A DNA stretch of 64,000 bases from Octopus sinensis (GCF_006345805.1 NC_042997.1:82584001-82648000); one strand, 5' to 3'. Counted from the first letter of the stretch, positions 12,664 to 60,740 are shown. A program made the numbers and translations. The notes: generated from the sequence alone by a model not told the origin.

Positions 12664-13526
12664 CGGAAACTGACGATCTTCAGAAATGTAAATAAACCCA
12701 CGTGGTTTATAAATAACAGTCTTGTTACTAATACCGTAAGATCGCCTTCCTACTTGTTATTTCGAGATATATCTACAATTTGTACCCTGCGCTAGCCAAG
12801 TATAATTTTCTAATAATTCTCAGTGCTAATCCAGTTTCGCACCTCTCCTTGAAAAATGCAATTTTTTGGAAAAATTTTTTCGGATTCCTACGTTTTAGAT
12901 GTTGGAAATTACAAACATGCACCCCCTCCACTTTTTCATACTTGGGTGGTCAATCAATTTGCTGAAGCAGATTTTCTGTGGACAAATATCCTTTTTGAAA
13001 ACTTGCATCTGTTTCTAAGCAAGCTATTTCTCCATGGCTGGACAGGTTTCCATTGAAGATAGGAAGCAGTCAACACCACTTGTATGATGGTTGTACTCAT
13101 ACCAGTTGTGTAATGTGAAGAGGAGAGACGTATTTAGCCGAAAGAAGCAAAACCGGTTTCAGTTTCTGTCTGCCAAGTACATTCAGAAGATCTTTGGTTG
13201 GCTTATAGCTAGCTATAGCAGAAAGCACCAGGACTGAACCTGAAACCACATAGTTGGGAAGTGCATTTCTTAATTACACATCCATGCCTGTACCTCTGAA
13301 CAAGGCAAAAGAATTCAAGCATGATAGCAGTCTGCAAACTTAAGGGAAAAACATTTTTTGCAGGCCATCTCTCTTAAAATATTAACCACTGGATAACAAG
13401 TGAAAGTGATTCCTAAACTCAAGGATTGCTAGTAAAGTTTCTGTTTGCAATAAATGTTTGATTTCTTTTTCTTTTTTTTCATCAGAATGAACACTTAAAT
13501 ATATATTTGTTTTTTGCAGCACAACC

Positions 13527-16500
13527 ATGAAGAAGTTTATGAAAGCTAACAAGGTGGTGTTGATCCTGAACGGTAGATTTGCTGGCAGGAAAGCCATCAT
13601 TGTTAAGGTTTTGTATACCTGTTCTTTTCATTAATTTATTATTCCTTAAGTTGTCATTTAGTCTTGTATCAGACTTTTAAAAGACTCCTGTCCTGACCAA
13701 CCCATCCTATGTACTGAGAATCCTGACTACATTATCTGATATGTTCTTTACTAAAACTGGGTTATTTGAGAGGAATAGTGGGAGTTGGGCTGTTATTTGT
13801 AGTAGGTTGAGTGATTACAATCACCTTAATGTTCTGTAATAATGTATACCTGGATGTTAATTCAGAGGTAAAAACCATTTAGTAGTAACTATAACAACGG
13901 ATGTGTAGTTTTCATTGGGACTGTTTGATTTCTTGGACAATATAGAATTTAGAAAAAATGCCTGATTTGTTACCATCCTTTCTGGAAGCAAGTGGTTCTT
14001 CATTGCTCCTGTATTAACCAATGAGTTTTGGCTGTGCTTAAGCAAGTATTAGATTGTTGGTATTTATTGAAATTAGTAACATTGATCTGTTCTCTTATGT
14101 TTTTTTGTTATTTCCAAGTGTAAAATATATTAAATATTGTGATCTGTTGAATTTTCAAGCTTTTGTAGAATTAAATACTAAGTTGGGATTGACCAAAAGT
14201 TTCTTTTGCCATTATAGTATGGCACTCAATTCTGGAATTTGGGTAGATTTCAGTATCAAAGTTAGATTCAAACTCTGTTATCTATTATTGTATGCTGTTC
14301 TCTTCTTGAGTGTGGAAGAAGAATAATACTAATAAAGTATTCACTCTCTTGCAATAAATAGTTGAGCAACTGCATCAACAATCTTGGTTCAGGACTGTTT
14401 GTTTTCGGTTCTATAAGAAGGCTTTTACTGGAAGTTAGACTTTGGAGATCATTGTCATTTGTCCAATTTCTGATTTTGAATGCTTTTTGAGACAGTAGTG
14501 AGATTTTGGCTTTGGTTTAAAATACTGAAAATTTCCAAAGTAGAAAACAGTCGCCCACAAAAAGGATTTTTGTTTATTCTGAACTGAAACTGGTGACATT
14601 TATAAATTGGAGTTGATATGAGTTACTAAGATATCCATTTTATGTTTAATTCTTTAGTATTTAAACTGACTATATTTGACCAAAATACAGCTCAAGCTGG
14701 TCAGACCTGGCTTCTTACCAACCCTACAATGTCATTCTAAAAATTGACAATTACCTCATCAAAATCTCAAAGCTACAAGATACTGCATGGTTTATTCAAA
14801 ACGATGTGAATAAATAAGCATTACTTTTGATAGAATGTGAATGGTAAAGGGTTAACCCGAAGTGCTTTTTATTTATTTATTTTTCAGAATTATGATGAAG
14901 GTACTCAAGACAAAGGATATTCCCATGCTTTAGTAGCAGGAATTGACCGACATCCCCGCAAAGTGACAAAACGCATGAGCAAAAAGAAGCTGAAGCAGAG
15001 ATCTAAGATTAAGACATTCATCAAAGTTTGCAATTATAACCATCTCATGCCTACTAGGTAAGTTGTAGAATTAAAATTTATCTAAATAGAAACATGCAAG
15101 CTGCACTCTGTGCCCAGTTTCTAATAGCTGGATTCGATTTTTATGCTTGCTATATAAAAATTTCTACAGCTTGTATTTTTTGCAAAACTACTTTGTGATG
15201 GCTTGTTTGTAGAAACATTTGAGAAAATATTTTTGTCTGCAGCTCAAGTGACTTTGGTATGCCACTTTAACTCTTTAAGCTCTGTAACTAAATAATCTAA
15301 TAATTTGCACAGTTCTTCTCTATTATTAAAATTTTGTATGCTCATTGAAAATTAGCTTCTCATTTTCTATGTTGATGTTTAAATAATTTAATATTTTGTT
15401 GAATTTAGCTGTAATTAGATTCGTTTTTGAGACAAAAGTTATGAAACATTTGGTTAAGAGGCTTTTGTTGAATTGAGTTTCAAAAATTACAATATGTTAA
15501 GTAAAGTTGTTTTATTAAACCAGTCTAAATTCATGATTATTTTAGAATTTAATTGAAATACATTAGAGGTGTATTTTGTTTAGAAATATAGTAACACAAT
15601 CTAAAAAGGATTAAAAAAAAATTATTGGCATTAGAATATGACATAAGCAGAAATGAAGGCTATAATGAATTATGGTTTGAGCAATTAATAAATATATGCA
15701 TCTGCAGAGGCAATTAATAATTATATGCATCCTTCATTTTGGTTTTAAAAGTATGTACAGTGGTTAGCTAAACTGAAATCAAGTACAAATATGCAAAATA
15801 GAAGTTTTAATTGTTAAAGGTTTAGATTACATCACTAATAAAGCTAATAGTATTTCCATGACAAATTAACAACGGCACTGATTCACTCAAACATCTAAAA
15901 TGAATTAAGTAGATGGGATAGTATAAGAGTTGGTAATATATCATTCAGGGTTAAGTGGTTGTGAAAGGGAATAAATATACACATACTAGAATTGTTCGAA
16001 TATTAATCATGTCTTAATGCACTTTTACAGTTAATGAAACTGCATTCTATGCTTGGTTTCTTAAATGGATTTGATAATTTACTTGGTGCAGAACTCAGCT
16101 AGCTAACCACTTGTGGAACCTAAAAATGATTTTACAAGTATTCAGTGAAGACCACCTTTGATATGGGATTGCAGTAAGTTATAAATCACAAAAACTGCAA
16201 TTGGTTTACTGTTGTTTTAAGACACTTTTTATGCAGCGTTGCATTCTGTTTCCAGTTTCTGATAGCTGGATTTAATTTTTGTGCTTGCTATAAAAAATTC
16301 TACCAAAAACTTGGAACTTTTGCTAACACTGGTTTGTTAGTAAAAGCGTTTTTGCAGAAACATCTCTATGGAAGAATTTACTTTCAGTTCAAGTAATTTC
16401 TGAGTGTGTGCCTCTTAGATTTTTTTTTATATCATGCATGTGTGAACAAAGTATTCTTGGTTACAAGCTTCCAAGACACTTATTGTTGGTTTATTGCACA

Positions 16501-18767
16501 TCTGGTGGCAATGTTGGGAGGAAATGTCAGTCCAGGTGAAGGTGGTGGACAGGCAGAATTGCTAGCATGCCAGGCAAAATGCTTAGCAACATTTTGTCTC
16601 TACGTTGTGTGTTCAAATTCCGCCAAGGTCAAAATTACTGACTTTGTACAAAAGTTTGAAACCAATCTTGAAAGCAAATGTCAGTCTAGGTGGGAAAGTG
16701 TTTTTCATTTGATGCTCTAATTTATAGGTAATTTCTTAGCAATATGTATATCTTCCTGCTATATACACAAACACAGAGCTTCTATTTTAGCCTAATAAAT
16801 ATGCAGGTGGTTGAACTTGCAGACCACATGACTTGTTTCCCCATGTGATTAATTCCTTTGCATTATAAGAGATACAATATCAATTTTTAAACCTTGTTGA
16901 TGTTTAATTTTTTTATATAGTATACAGAAATAAATGTCCTTTACAATTGGACATAGTAAATAAATTAAAAGAACTATAAAATATGAATAGGTATTACAAA
17001 TAAATACACAGCTTCACTTGTCAAGAAAATATGCCATTGAACAGAGAATGTAAAGCAAACTTGTAAAAATTATTCAAAACGAGTGATATGGATTTTTTTG
17101 AAGCAGGGTTAAATTTCTGGATATTTATGAAATATAATTATTTTTTTCTCAATTAAGATTTTGATTTGTTTGCATTCAATTTAGTTTTTTCTTTATCTCA
17201 TTTTACAAAAAACTTATATTGTATTCTCAAGTAACAAATTATTTTTACAGCATTAACTTCATATCTATTGGTGATGTGGGGTGGGTGTAAAATTGTAATA
17301 ATATTGAAAGATTGATAAGTTTTTATTCTTAGATATCATCATTTAACGTCCGCTTTCCATGCTGGCATGGGTTGGACGGTTCAACTGGGGTCTGGGAAGC
17401 CAGAAGGTTGCACCAGGCCCAGTCTGATCTGGCAGTGTTTCTACAACTGGATGCCCTTCCTAATGCCAACCACTCTGTGAGTGTGTTGGGTGCTTTTTAC
17501 ATGCCACCGGCTTGGGGACCAGACAAAGCTGGCAACGGCCACAGTTGGATGGTGCTTTTTACGTGCCACGTTCGGATGGTTCTCTTATGTGCCACCGGCA
17601 CTGGTATCACAGCTACAAATTCCATTGATGTTGATAGATTGCGATATGTGTACATCAATGAAACTTTTAAAGTGTTTGTGGAATTGCACTGAGGAAATAA
17701 GTGAAACATAAACTAGTTGTTAATCACACATCTTTAGCTCTTTTTATAGCTAATGCAAATTGCTTTTTGCCCAGTTTCTAATTGCTTAAGTTTTTTGTTT
17801 CCTATGAATGAAAATTGCATTTCAGATTTTTGGATTTATCATGTACCAGCTGTTGTGTGTGTGTTCAATTATCCAAATTCAGTTACTAATAGCGAATTTG
17901 TGGAAGAATCTCCATTAGTGGCTTCATAAATAAAGAATAGTGTCACATGCATCAAAGATAAAAATCTGTTCCAAAATGCTCTTTTTCTTTCTTGCTCTTA
18001 AGTTCTTAAGTATCTGTTACTTTGGTTATCTTGGGAATTATGCATTAATCTTGTAAAAAGGGAGCTTTATTTGAAACTATTGAATGAATGCCGTCAAAAT
18101 ACGAAACTGCTTCTCTTTTTGCTACTTGTGCCAAGTGGTTTGTAGAATCCACCACATTGAGAAATAGAAATTAATATGAAAAGAGGTTTTGAATAAATCT
18201 ATTTTGGTTCTGTTATAAAATTTATAACTTGAAATATTGTTGTAGGTATTCTGTGGATGTCGTCTTGGACAAATCTCATGTAAACAAAGATGCTTTCAGA
18301 GATCCTGCTTTGAAACGCAGAGCGAAGCGAGAAGTGAAAGCTAAATTAGAAGAGAGGTAAATTGATTTTCTTGATTTTATGAAAACTTGTTTTGTGTTGG
18401 AAAGTCCACAAAAAGCAACTGCTTTGTTAAGCTTCATTCCTTTCTAATAGCAAGATGTAATAAAATGGATTTTGTTTGCATTACTTGAAGTCAGTGAAAA
18501 CATCTAATAATATGAAAGAACAAATTCCATTGCAATACATAATTCTTGTTTTATAGCCTTACATATTTCATTGTTTTACCTAAAGGTTTCTTCATTGTCC
18601 GTTACAGGCAGATTATATTGTCAACCATTTCAATGCAGATATTGTATAGTTGATTTATGTCATTTGGTAGAACTTATATTAAACATTCTGTCTGATGAAA
18701 TTTTTTTTCTTATTTCAGGTACAAGACTGGTAGAAACAGATGGTTTTTCCAAAAACTAAGATTCTAA
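13527..18767 (+). CDS. RPL27: 60S ribosomal protein L27 (eL27); coding exons 13527-13607, 14888-15057, 18246-18356, 18719-18767
   Basis: Exons of 81+170+111+49 nt give 136 aa plus stop: [55 protein letters not shown]...[16 protein letters not shown]...[20 protein letters not shown]. All junctions are GT-AG. AATAAA at 18784. Confidence 0.97.
14650..14851. mobile_element. piggyBac-type MITE in a RPL27 intron
   Basis: TTAA on both sides and an ...AAAGGG right end. A related copy lies at about 38090-38300. Confidence 0.55.
15095..15220 (+). ncRNA. H/ACA snoRNA, SNORA28-like 5' hairpin, copy 1 (RPL27 intron)
   Basis: Hairpin GCAAGC..GCTTGC with upper stem CCAGTT/AGCTGG; H box ATATAA at 15152; second hairpin TTCTACA..TGTAGAA; ACA at 15215-15217 followed by 3 nt. 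Pocket GCACTC / ATTTTT is complementary to the conserved 18S segment AAAAAU-U-A-GAGUGU, with 15 nt to the H box. Confidence 0.85.
16232..16365 (+). ncRNA. H/ACA snoRNA, SNORA28-like 5' hairpin, copy 2 (same intron)
   Basis: Paralogous to 15095-15220. Pocket GCATTC / ATTTTT; H box ATAAAA at 16290; 3' hairpin with stem TTTTGCTAAC/GTTAGTAAAA; ACA at 16360-16362. The substitutions preserve pairing. Confidence 0.85.
17333..17640 (-). mobile_element. RTE-type LINE 3' end fragment in a RPL27 intron
   Basis: Reverse complement of the (GAT)n-tailed repeat (catcatttaacgtccgctttccatgctggcatgggttgg...). Confidence 0.75.
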
Positions 18768-19524
18768 AATATTTTCTCCAGTAAATAAATATTATAACAT
18801 TTAATTTTAGCTTATTGTTTTTATTGCGAGGCAGACTGCCATTTTAACTTCAATGTTGTGCCCTGCTAGAAAGGCATTCAGCTGTAAAAACAGAAAAGTA
18901 GCATGAACATGGACCATGTCCCCTGTTTTTGCATGAGAAAATGAATGTGAAACAAAAAATACTATGTAGTATCCATGTCACATCCAATTTCTCGTGCAAA
19001 TATGGACATTCAAGTTCTTGGGCAAGATTATAAGTATCTCAATACTATCCGGTTTTGGCTTTCATACAAAAGATACATTGCTTGAACTTTTTTGAGAGAA
19101 ATTTGCTCAGAACTGTTTCCAAATCCCAAGTTATTTATATTCTAAAGACTAACTAAATAATGAGTTACTTTAAATTCATTTTAAAAATGAATTGGGGGGG
19201 GGTGAATTGACTGTTTAGATTTGGAATCTAAACAGTGTTTTATTGTGTTTAGAAGATTCCAAGTAATCTGTTATTGTAACTAACCCATCATAAATTACTG
19301 CAAATCCAAAATATACTGGCAACAAATAGTTTATCAGATTCATCCATTTAGAATTTGGCAGGGGAATTTCCACATTGCTAGATGAAAAATTACTTTTATT
19401 ACTTTGGTATGACTAGAAATGTTTGGTACTGTTAAAAGTGGTAGAAATGTTAACGTGTTTCATTGCAAAAAAGTCAATCATACTAACAAGATTGCCACTA
19501 AATGACATTTCTTTCTGTAAAAAA

Positions 19525-20460
19525 TATGGCGGATCTTTTCCTTTTGATGGATGGAATTTTCTAGTTAGCTAAACAATTTGAAGTGTCAAAAGAAAACATT
19601 ATTGTAAACAAAATTGTAATTTGTAAGTTTAACGTAGTTTAATTCGAAGAATTTTAACCAATGAAATCCTAGCATTTGAGTTCAAATCATTTGCTGCGTC
19701 TAAAAACTCACACACACGTCTTATTCATCCTTATCTCTTCTGTATGTGCTAGAAATAACAGCTATATCTCTTAAATCAATGAATTTCGTCGCCCAATAGA
19801 AATATTAACGATATTTTCTTTATTTTTTTTTACCGAAAAGGGAAACAACAAAAACAAAACAATAATATGCCTAAAGCGGCCTAGAGTTTGCGCGTGGAGT
19901 GTGAGTCGTATTGTAAAAATTTGCGAAATATTTTTTCATAAAAGGATGCCCCAGCTTGTCGGAGGCTGTGATATAAATTGGGGAAAAAAATTTCGACACC
20001 AGTGTGTAATTGGTACTTAATTTATCGACCCCTAAACGATGAAACATTGACCCCCCCCCCCCCCTTCTGGTTTATTTACCTTTTGTGTAAATTTGTTGTG
20101 GAAGGGGGCAGAACACAGAGGGGACAAAAGTATTAAGTCGATTCTATCGACACCAGTGCGAACACACGAATGTGTGTGTACGCTTATATATTAATTACTA
20201 TGTACTTGTGCAAATGTATATGTATGTGTTTGAGAGAGAGAGTGTGTGTATGCGTCTGCTATGTTTCTTTATCAATATCGATAATGCAGCAAATGCTGAG
20301 ATTTCATTGGTTAAAATTCTTCGAATTAAACTACATTAAACTTACAAATTACAATAATGTTTTCTTTTGACACATTCTATCAGTATACGAAGTTTCAAAT
20401 TTTTTAGTTAACTAGAAAATTCCGTCCATCAAAAGGAAAAGATCCAATATGGCTGCCATA
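19525..20460. repeat. Element with long inverted arms of about 150-170 bp (foldback/MITE-like)
   Basis: 19525-19677 is the reverse complement of 20291-20460, apart from small indels. Confidence 0.75.
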
Positions 20461-21202
20461 ATGTTTTCTCACTTAAAGGTCTTTATATATTTTCATTTGT
20501 CTAAGTTGGCCTCATTGGTCTTCCTTCATGTAAGTAGGGCTGGTGAATAATTACATCATTAACTTATGAAATATACGCAATACATTTTAGTGTTTGTCAT
20601 AACAGCCATTTTGTTTGATCAAGAATTTCTTTTGTATAAGTTAAACCATTAATATGAAAATCATGAATAAATTTTAACATTTATTCCTGGCATTTTTATT
20701 TTTAGTAATATTTTTCAAATTACTAAGTTGTAGATGAAGATGGCTGTTAGTATTCCTAAATATCCCTAAAATGTAAGAGGCTCATGTGTTACAAGTGAAC
20801 AAGTTTTAGAGAATGAATATTTGACTTTAAAAATAAATTTTTATTAAAGAGGAAGACAATTGTTTTGGCAATGATTTATCATGTGGAATGTCTTAATTTA
20901 TTGCTGAGAATATAAAGCACGCTGTGTTTTATTGTGTTTAAGAGATTCCAAGTAATCTGTTGTTGTAACAAACCCATCATAAATTACTGCAAATCCAAAA
21001 TATACTGGCAACAAATAGTTTATAATATCCATCCATTTTGGTATTGGTAGGGGAATTTCCACATTGCTAGATCAAAAAGACAAAAAAGAAATTCTTACAA
21101 GTGGAGATATTTTAAAAATTGCATTTACTAATGCTGGATATGTTTCTATTAACTTATTTATATATTAATCATAGAAAGCTGTAGGTTTGATTAGTGTCTT
21201 AA

Positions 21203-22356
21203 CCCTTTCGTTACTTCATTTCTGACCAAAATACACCCCTCATGAGTTTCAATTAAATTTCTAAGATAATCATGAATTCAGACTAGTTTCATTAAACAAC
21301 TGTAACTTTTTTTACTTATCAACATATTAATGTGATATGTGGAACAATTAAAGAAAGGGTTCTTAATCAATTCTATTGCAAAACTTTTGTCTCAAAGTGA
21401 CTTTAATTACAGGTAAAAATATTAAAATTTTGTTTAAACATCACCATACAAAATGAAATCATCAGTTAATATTCAATGGGTATGCAACAAAATTTTGATA
21501 CAGAAGAATTGTGCACATCACTAGATCATCAGTTGAATTTAATGCACAACAGAATAGGTGAAATAAACTGGAATCCTGCAAGTTTGACCGAACTAAAGAA
21601 ATCGGTCAAAAAATAGTATACGGACCTGGTTATGGTATGGAAGTGATAAATTCCAGACCACATCGTACCCTAGGCCATGCTGACTAACATTATTTTCCCT
21701 GTATAAAAACTAAATCCACAGCAGTACCCAGTATTTGCTTCACAAATTTTTCGAACTTTGATCCCCAACTTTTGTGTTTGTTTCCACAGTGATCGCTTCA
21801 AACAAGCATACTGAAAAAAATAAGTCTAATGGTTTCACTTCCTAAGAAAGACTAGATAAACTCTTATCTCCTCAGAAAAAATTGCTAATAAAAACATTTT
21901 TAAAGTTTTTACTTCATTCCAATGTAAAATCATCTAATGTTGCTATCTCCGCTTTGTTTCTTCAGAATTGCTGCTTTCGGTTTTGGATACAGAAATATCC
22001 TATTTATTGTACACCATGTGCTTTTGTACCTCATTCTTTCTTTTTCTCGATATCTCCCTATTTTCCATTGAAAAGGCTTTAAATTCAGAATCAATGCTTG
22101 ATAACATGAAACGCCAATCCATTTTCAAAGTTGACGAAAAAATGTGGAAAAAAATCTCCCAAAATTCAGAGTTCAGATATCACGTCAAGCAATGTCAGAT
22201 ATTATAACCCAACTATTTACAAAGTGAAATCACGTATTTTCACAAATGTACTAACGAGATTTGTGCTTAAATTCACATTTAAATAACAATGGGTACTCTT
22301 GGCCGGGTTGGTCTTATAAACCAAAAAATTTTTTGGCCAGGTTAGTATCAAAAGGG
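21203..22356. mobile_element. Non-autonomous piggyBac-like element
   Basis: TTAA|CCCTTTCGTTACT at the left end and AGTATCAAAAGGG|TTAA at the right end; 1154 bp with no intact ORF. Confidence 0.75.
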
Positions 22357-22837
22357 TTAAGCAATTAGTATTATAATTCAATGTTGTGTGGAGCAACATT
22401 AAATGATTTCATTAGCTTTTATTACTTTGGTATGACTAGAAGTGTTTCCTACTGTTAAGCTTTATGGCAAGCATTTACATTGTACCAATGAAGATAGTTA
22501 ATTTCCTATTGATCCTGAATAAGAAGAAACAATAGTTAAGGTGCTGGATGATTGACCATGTGGTCATAAGTATTACAACCAGTGTTTGTGTCTCTGAATG
22601 TCATGTTCATTTTCTATGCTGGTACAAAACTTGAAGCTATATTCTATAGCCTGATGTCTTTCTGTTGCCCTCACTGGATTTTTAAGTAAGGTATTTTTTA
22701 CTCCATGTTGAAATTGCCAAATGATGTATGTGATACTTACACAAGAGAAATGAATGTCAAATGTTGCATATTGTCAATGGAAACAAAAAACAACATGCAT
22801 GTGTGTGGCATATATATATATATATACACTCAAAAAG

Positions 22838-23975
22838 GAGGGTTGGCTGAACAGTTCATAAGCTGTTGATGAAAGAGTGAAGCTAGGGCTGTGAAATCTT
22901 GCATTCATTAATTTCAACTCTTCTTGAAACTGCATTGTCTCTTTTCAGATAAACTGACATATGACTGTTCATAGAAGGTTTCAGAAGTAACTAGTTGTGG
23001 CTCTTGAAAATTGACAATATTTGGCAGTGGTGTTATCAAATACCTGCAGAAAAAGGGTTTAGCCCCCAAGGACGTTCATGCTTGCTACATTAGAGGATGA
23101 CACTCCAGCTTTATCAATAGTGGAAAAGTGGGCAGCTGATTTTGGATGGGAAGGGAGAGTCTTGAAAATTACCCTAGGTGGTTTGAATGTCCTGCAACTG
23201 CTATCACAGAGGAAAACATTGATCGTGATCACCACATAGCGATGGCTGACAGGTGATTGACTATTAATCAAATTACCAATGTTATTAACATATCCTGTGA
23301 GATGGCTGAGAATGTTCTGCACAATGAGCTTGGCATGATGGTTTCTGCTCTGTGGTTGTTATGTCTTCTGCCACTGATTAAAACTGCCAGACTGATCACA
23401 TCATTGGGAGGAGAGAAAGAGAGGATCCATGCAGTAGAATCACCCCTCCTCACTTTTAAAGAAGGCCAGTCATTTCATCTGCAGAAAGGTGATGGAGGTC
23501 AGATTTGGGGGATGCAAAAGGCATTGTCTATTGATTATCTTCAAAAGGTTAACACCATCAATGAAGAGTACTATGCCAACTTTCTGGGGCTGTTATGAAA
23601 AGCTATTAAGACCAAATGAGCTGGAAAACTGAAAAAAGGGGTTTTGTTTCATCAGGACAATGCTTCAGCATATCAGTCCTTTGTTTCAAGTGACTGACTT
23701 TCAGCAGGTTTATCGCCTCCATCTATTCTCCTGATCTGGTCCCATCTGCTGCACAACATGTAAAAACATTTGACTGAAACCTGTATCACTGTGTTCTCAT
23801 ATTTGCTATTGATAACTTTTTTGACCAAGAGGATGAAAGCTTCTTCAATGAAATCCAACTGCAACACTGATGGAAGAAGTGTGTGGATGGCAAGAACCAT
23901 GTTGAAAAATAGCCCTCATTTGGTCACATTCTATGAGATTATCTTGATCATCTATGAATTTTTCAGCTGACTCTT
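22838..23975 (+). mobile_element. Decayed mariner transposon
   Basis: Imperfect TIRs (GAGGGTTGGCTGAACAGTTCATA / TATGAATTTTTCAGCTGACTCT). Frameshifted transposase remnants: VIKYLQKKG, ENVLHNELGM, IDYLQKVNTINEEYYA, FHQDNA, YSPDL.PS. Confidence 0.85.
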
Positions 23976-24185
23976 GTGCATGTGGGATTTGGTACAGTTT
24001 CTGTCTACCAAATTTCTTTCATGAGTAGGATGGAACCCCAAATTTAGTGCCTGTGAAGTAACATCATGCCTGTGCTTATTAATAAATCATATAATTCTGC
24101 TTGCTCTGGTTCTGTTCTCTACTGATTCAGCAGCAAAAACAATTCTGATTTAAAATGATTTAAATTAAAACCTTCCATTAAAATT

Positions 24186-58602
<34,417 letters not shown>

Positions 58603-59540
58603 CTAAAATGAAGAATAAAAATAAAATAAAAATGAAGAATAAAAATAAAAGAAGAATGAAGAATAAATTTATGGTTTCAAATTTTGGCACAAGGCCAGCA
58701 ATTTTAAGGGGAGAGGGTTACCTGATTATATTGATACCAGTGTTCAACTTGTACTTATTTTATTGACTCCAAAAGGAAGAAAGGCAAAGATGACTTTGAT
58801 GGAATTTGATCTTAGAATGTAAAAAGCTGGAAAAAGTGCCTCAAGTATTTTTTTCAATGCACTAACAATTCTGCCAGCTCTTCATCTTAATGAGGAATAA
58901 ACAAATGGTTTTAAATTTTGATACAAGGCTAGTAATTTTTTGGAATGTGTGTGTGTGTGTGTGTGTGTGGAGAAGTTGATTACATTGACCTCCCAGTGCA
59001 CAACTGGGGTTTATTTTATCAACCCTAAAAGGATAGAAGGCAAAGTCAACCTCAAAATGATGGAAGACAAAGTTGATCTTAGCAGAATTTGAACTCAGAA
59101 TGTACAGATGGATAAAATGCCACTTAGCATTTTGTTTGATGTGCTAATGTTACTGCTAGATTGCTGTCTTAATGAAGAATAAAATAATAATCCTTTCTAC
59201 TAAAGGCACAAGGCCTGACATTTTGGGGATGGAGATAATTGATTACATTGACCCCAGTGTTCAACTGATACTTATTTTATCGACTCCGAAAGGATGAAAG
59301 ACAAAGTCAATCCTGGTGGAAAAAAGTATTTATCAAAGACACCAGTTTGATTGCAAAAGTGTTTTTCTTTTCTTTTTAATGCTATCAATAATCATTTAGC
59401 ACTTTATTTTATTGATCCTCGAGGGTTGAAAGGCAAAGTTGATCTTGGCAGGATTTGAATCCAGACTATAAAGAGCTGTACCTAAATAACACAAACCATT
59501 TCGTCCTATACCATAATGATTCTGCCTATCCACTACCTTA

Positions 59541-59575
<35 letters not shown>

Positions 59576-59599
59576 ATAATAATAATAATAATAATAATA

Positions 59600-59990
59600 A
59601 TCATCATTTAACATCTGTTTTCCATGCTAGCATGGTTTGGATGGTTCGACTGAGGTCTGGGAAGCCAGGAGGCTGCACCAGACTCCAGTCTGATCTGGCA
59701 GTGTTTCTACAGCTGGATGCCCTTCCTAACGCCAACTACTCCGTGAGTGTAGTGAGTGCTTTTTATGTGCCACCAGCACAGGGGCCAGAGGAGGCTGGCA
59801 AACAGCCACAATCAGTTGGTGCTTTTTATGTGTTACCGACACAGACACCAGTCAGGCAGTGCTGGCATCAGCCACATTCGGATGGTCATTTTTACATGCC
59901 ACTGGCATGGGTATCTTAACTACAATTTCCATTTGATTTTTATTTTGATGTTGGTGTTGACATACTTGACTCAGTAGGTCTCCTCAAGAA
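59600..59990 (-). mobile_element. RTE-type LINE 3' end fragment
   Basis: Same (CAT)n-headed repeat as at 26300. Confidence 0.75.
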
Positions 59991-60049
59991 CAGTGGGTCA
60001 CTCTATAATCCAAGGTTAGCACAGCATGCCGTCCTGCGAGCCATGAGCC

Positions 60050-60080
<31 letters not shown>

Positions 60081-60701
60081 GTAACAACAACAATGACAAC
60101 AATAACAGTAATAATAATAATGGTTTATGATTTACATAGATGACCAGCAATTTTAGGGAGGTGTCAGTTGATACCATCAAATGCAGTGTATGATTGATGT
60201 TTTATTTGATTGTCCCTGAAAGGATAATAATGACCAATGGTATTTTGATGTTACTCACTATGACTTCTATCAGCTGTTTGCATCTCTATTTTGGAACTCA
60301 CATCTTGTCCTGAAGATTGATCTACTGAAAGCTGCCTAGAGACATGTAACCAGACAAATGATCTCTTTCATTCACTTAATATATCTTGTACATCTTGTCC
60401 TCATAGGAAGTGAGACATTAAAGTTTTGATGTGTAGCAGCTGACATGGTAAAGTCCCACAAGATTAGCCACCATTTCCACTCCAATAACTTTGATGACCT
60501 TTTTGAATTCAATGTCTCTACCACTAATGGCCATGCTAATAAAATCTAGAAACATGTGTAGTAAAAAGTTTGGTTCATAACCATATGGTTCTGGGTTCAG
60601 TTCCACTGCATATCACCTAGGGCAAGTGTCTTCTACTATAGCCTTGGGCCAAACAAAGCCTTGTGAATGGGTTTGGTAGACAGAACTGGAAAGAAACCCA
60701 T

Positions 60702-60740
<39 letters not shown>

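Noticed and set aside
14365-14495. Possible additional H/ACA snoRNA in a RPL27 intron (ATAAGA ... ACAGTA)
   Set aside because: The stems are weak and no rRNA or snRNA target could be identified by eye; it needs a covariance-model search.
19210-19236. Perfect 12-bp hairpin ACTGTTTAGATT-TGG-AATCTAAACAGT
   Set aside because: Isolated and short, with no supporting context; not distinguishable from a chance or MITE-derived palindrome.
60305-60345. Hammerhead-like CTGAAGA...GAAA...CTA motif
   Set aside because: Stem II and stem I do not pair; at best a heavily decayed relic.
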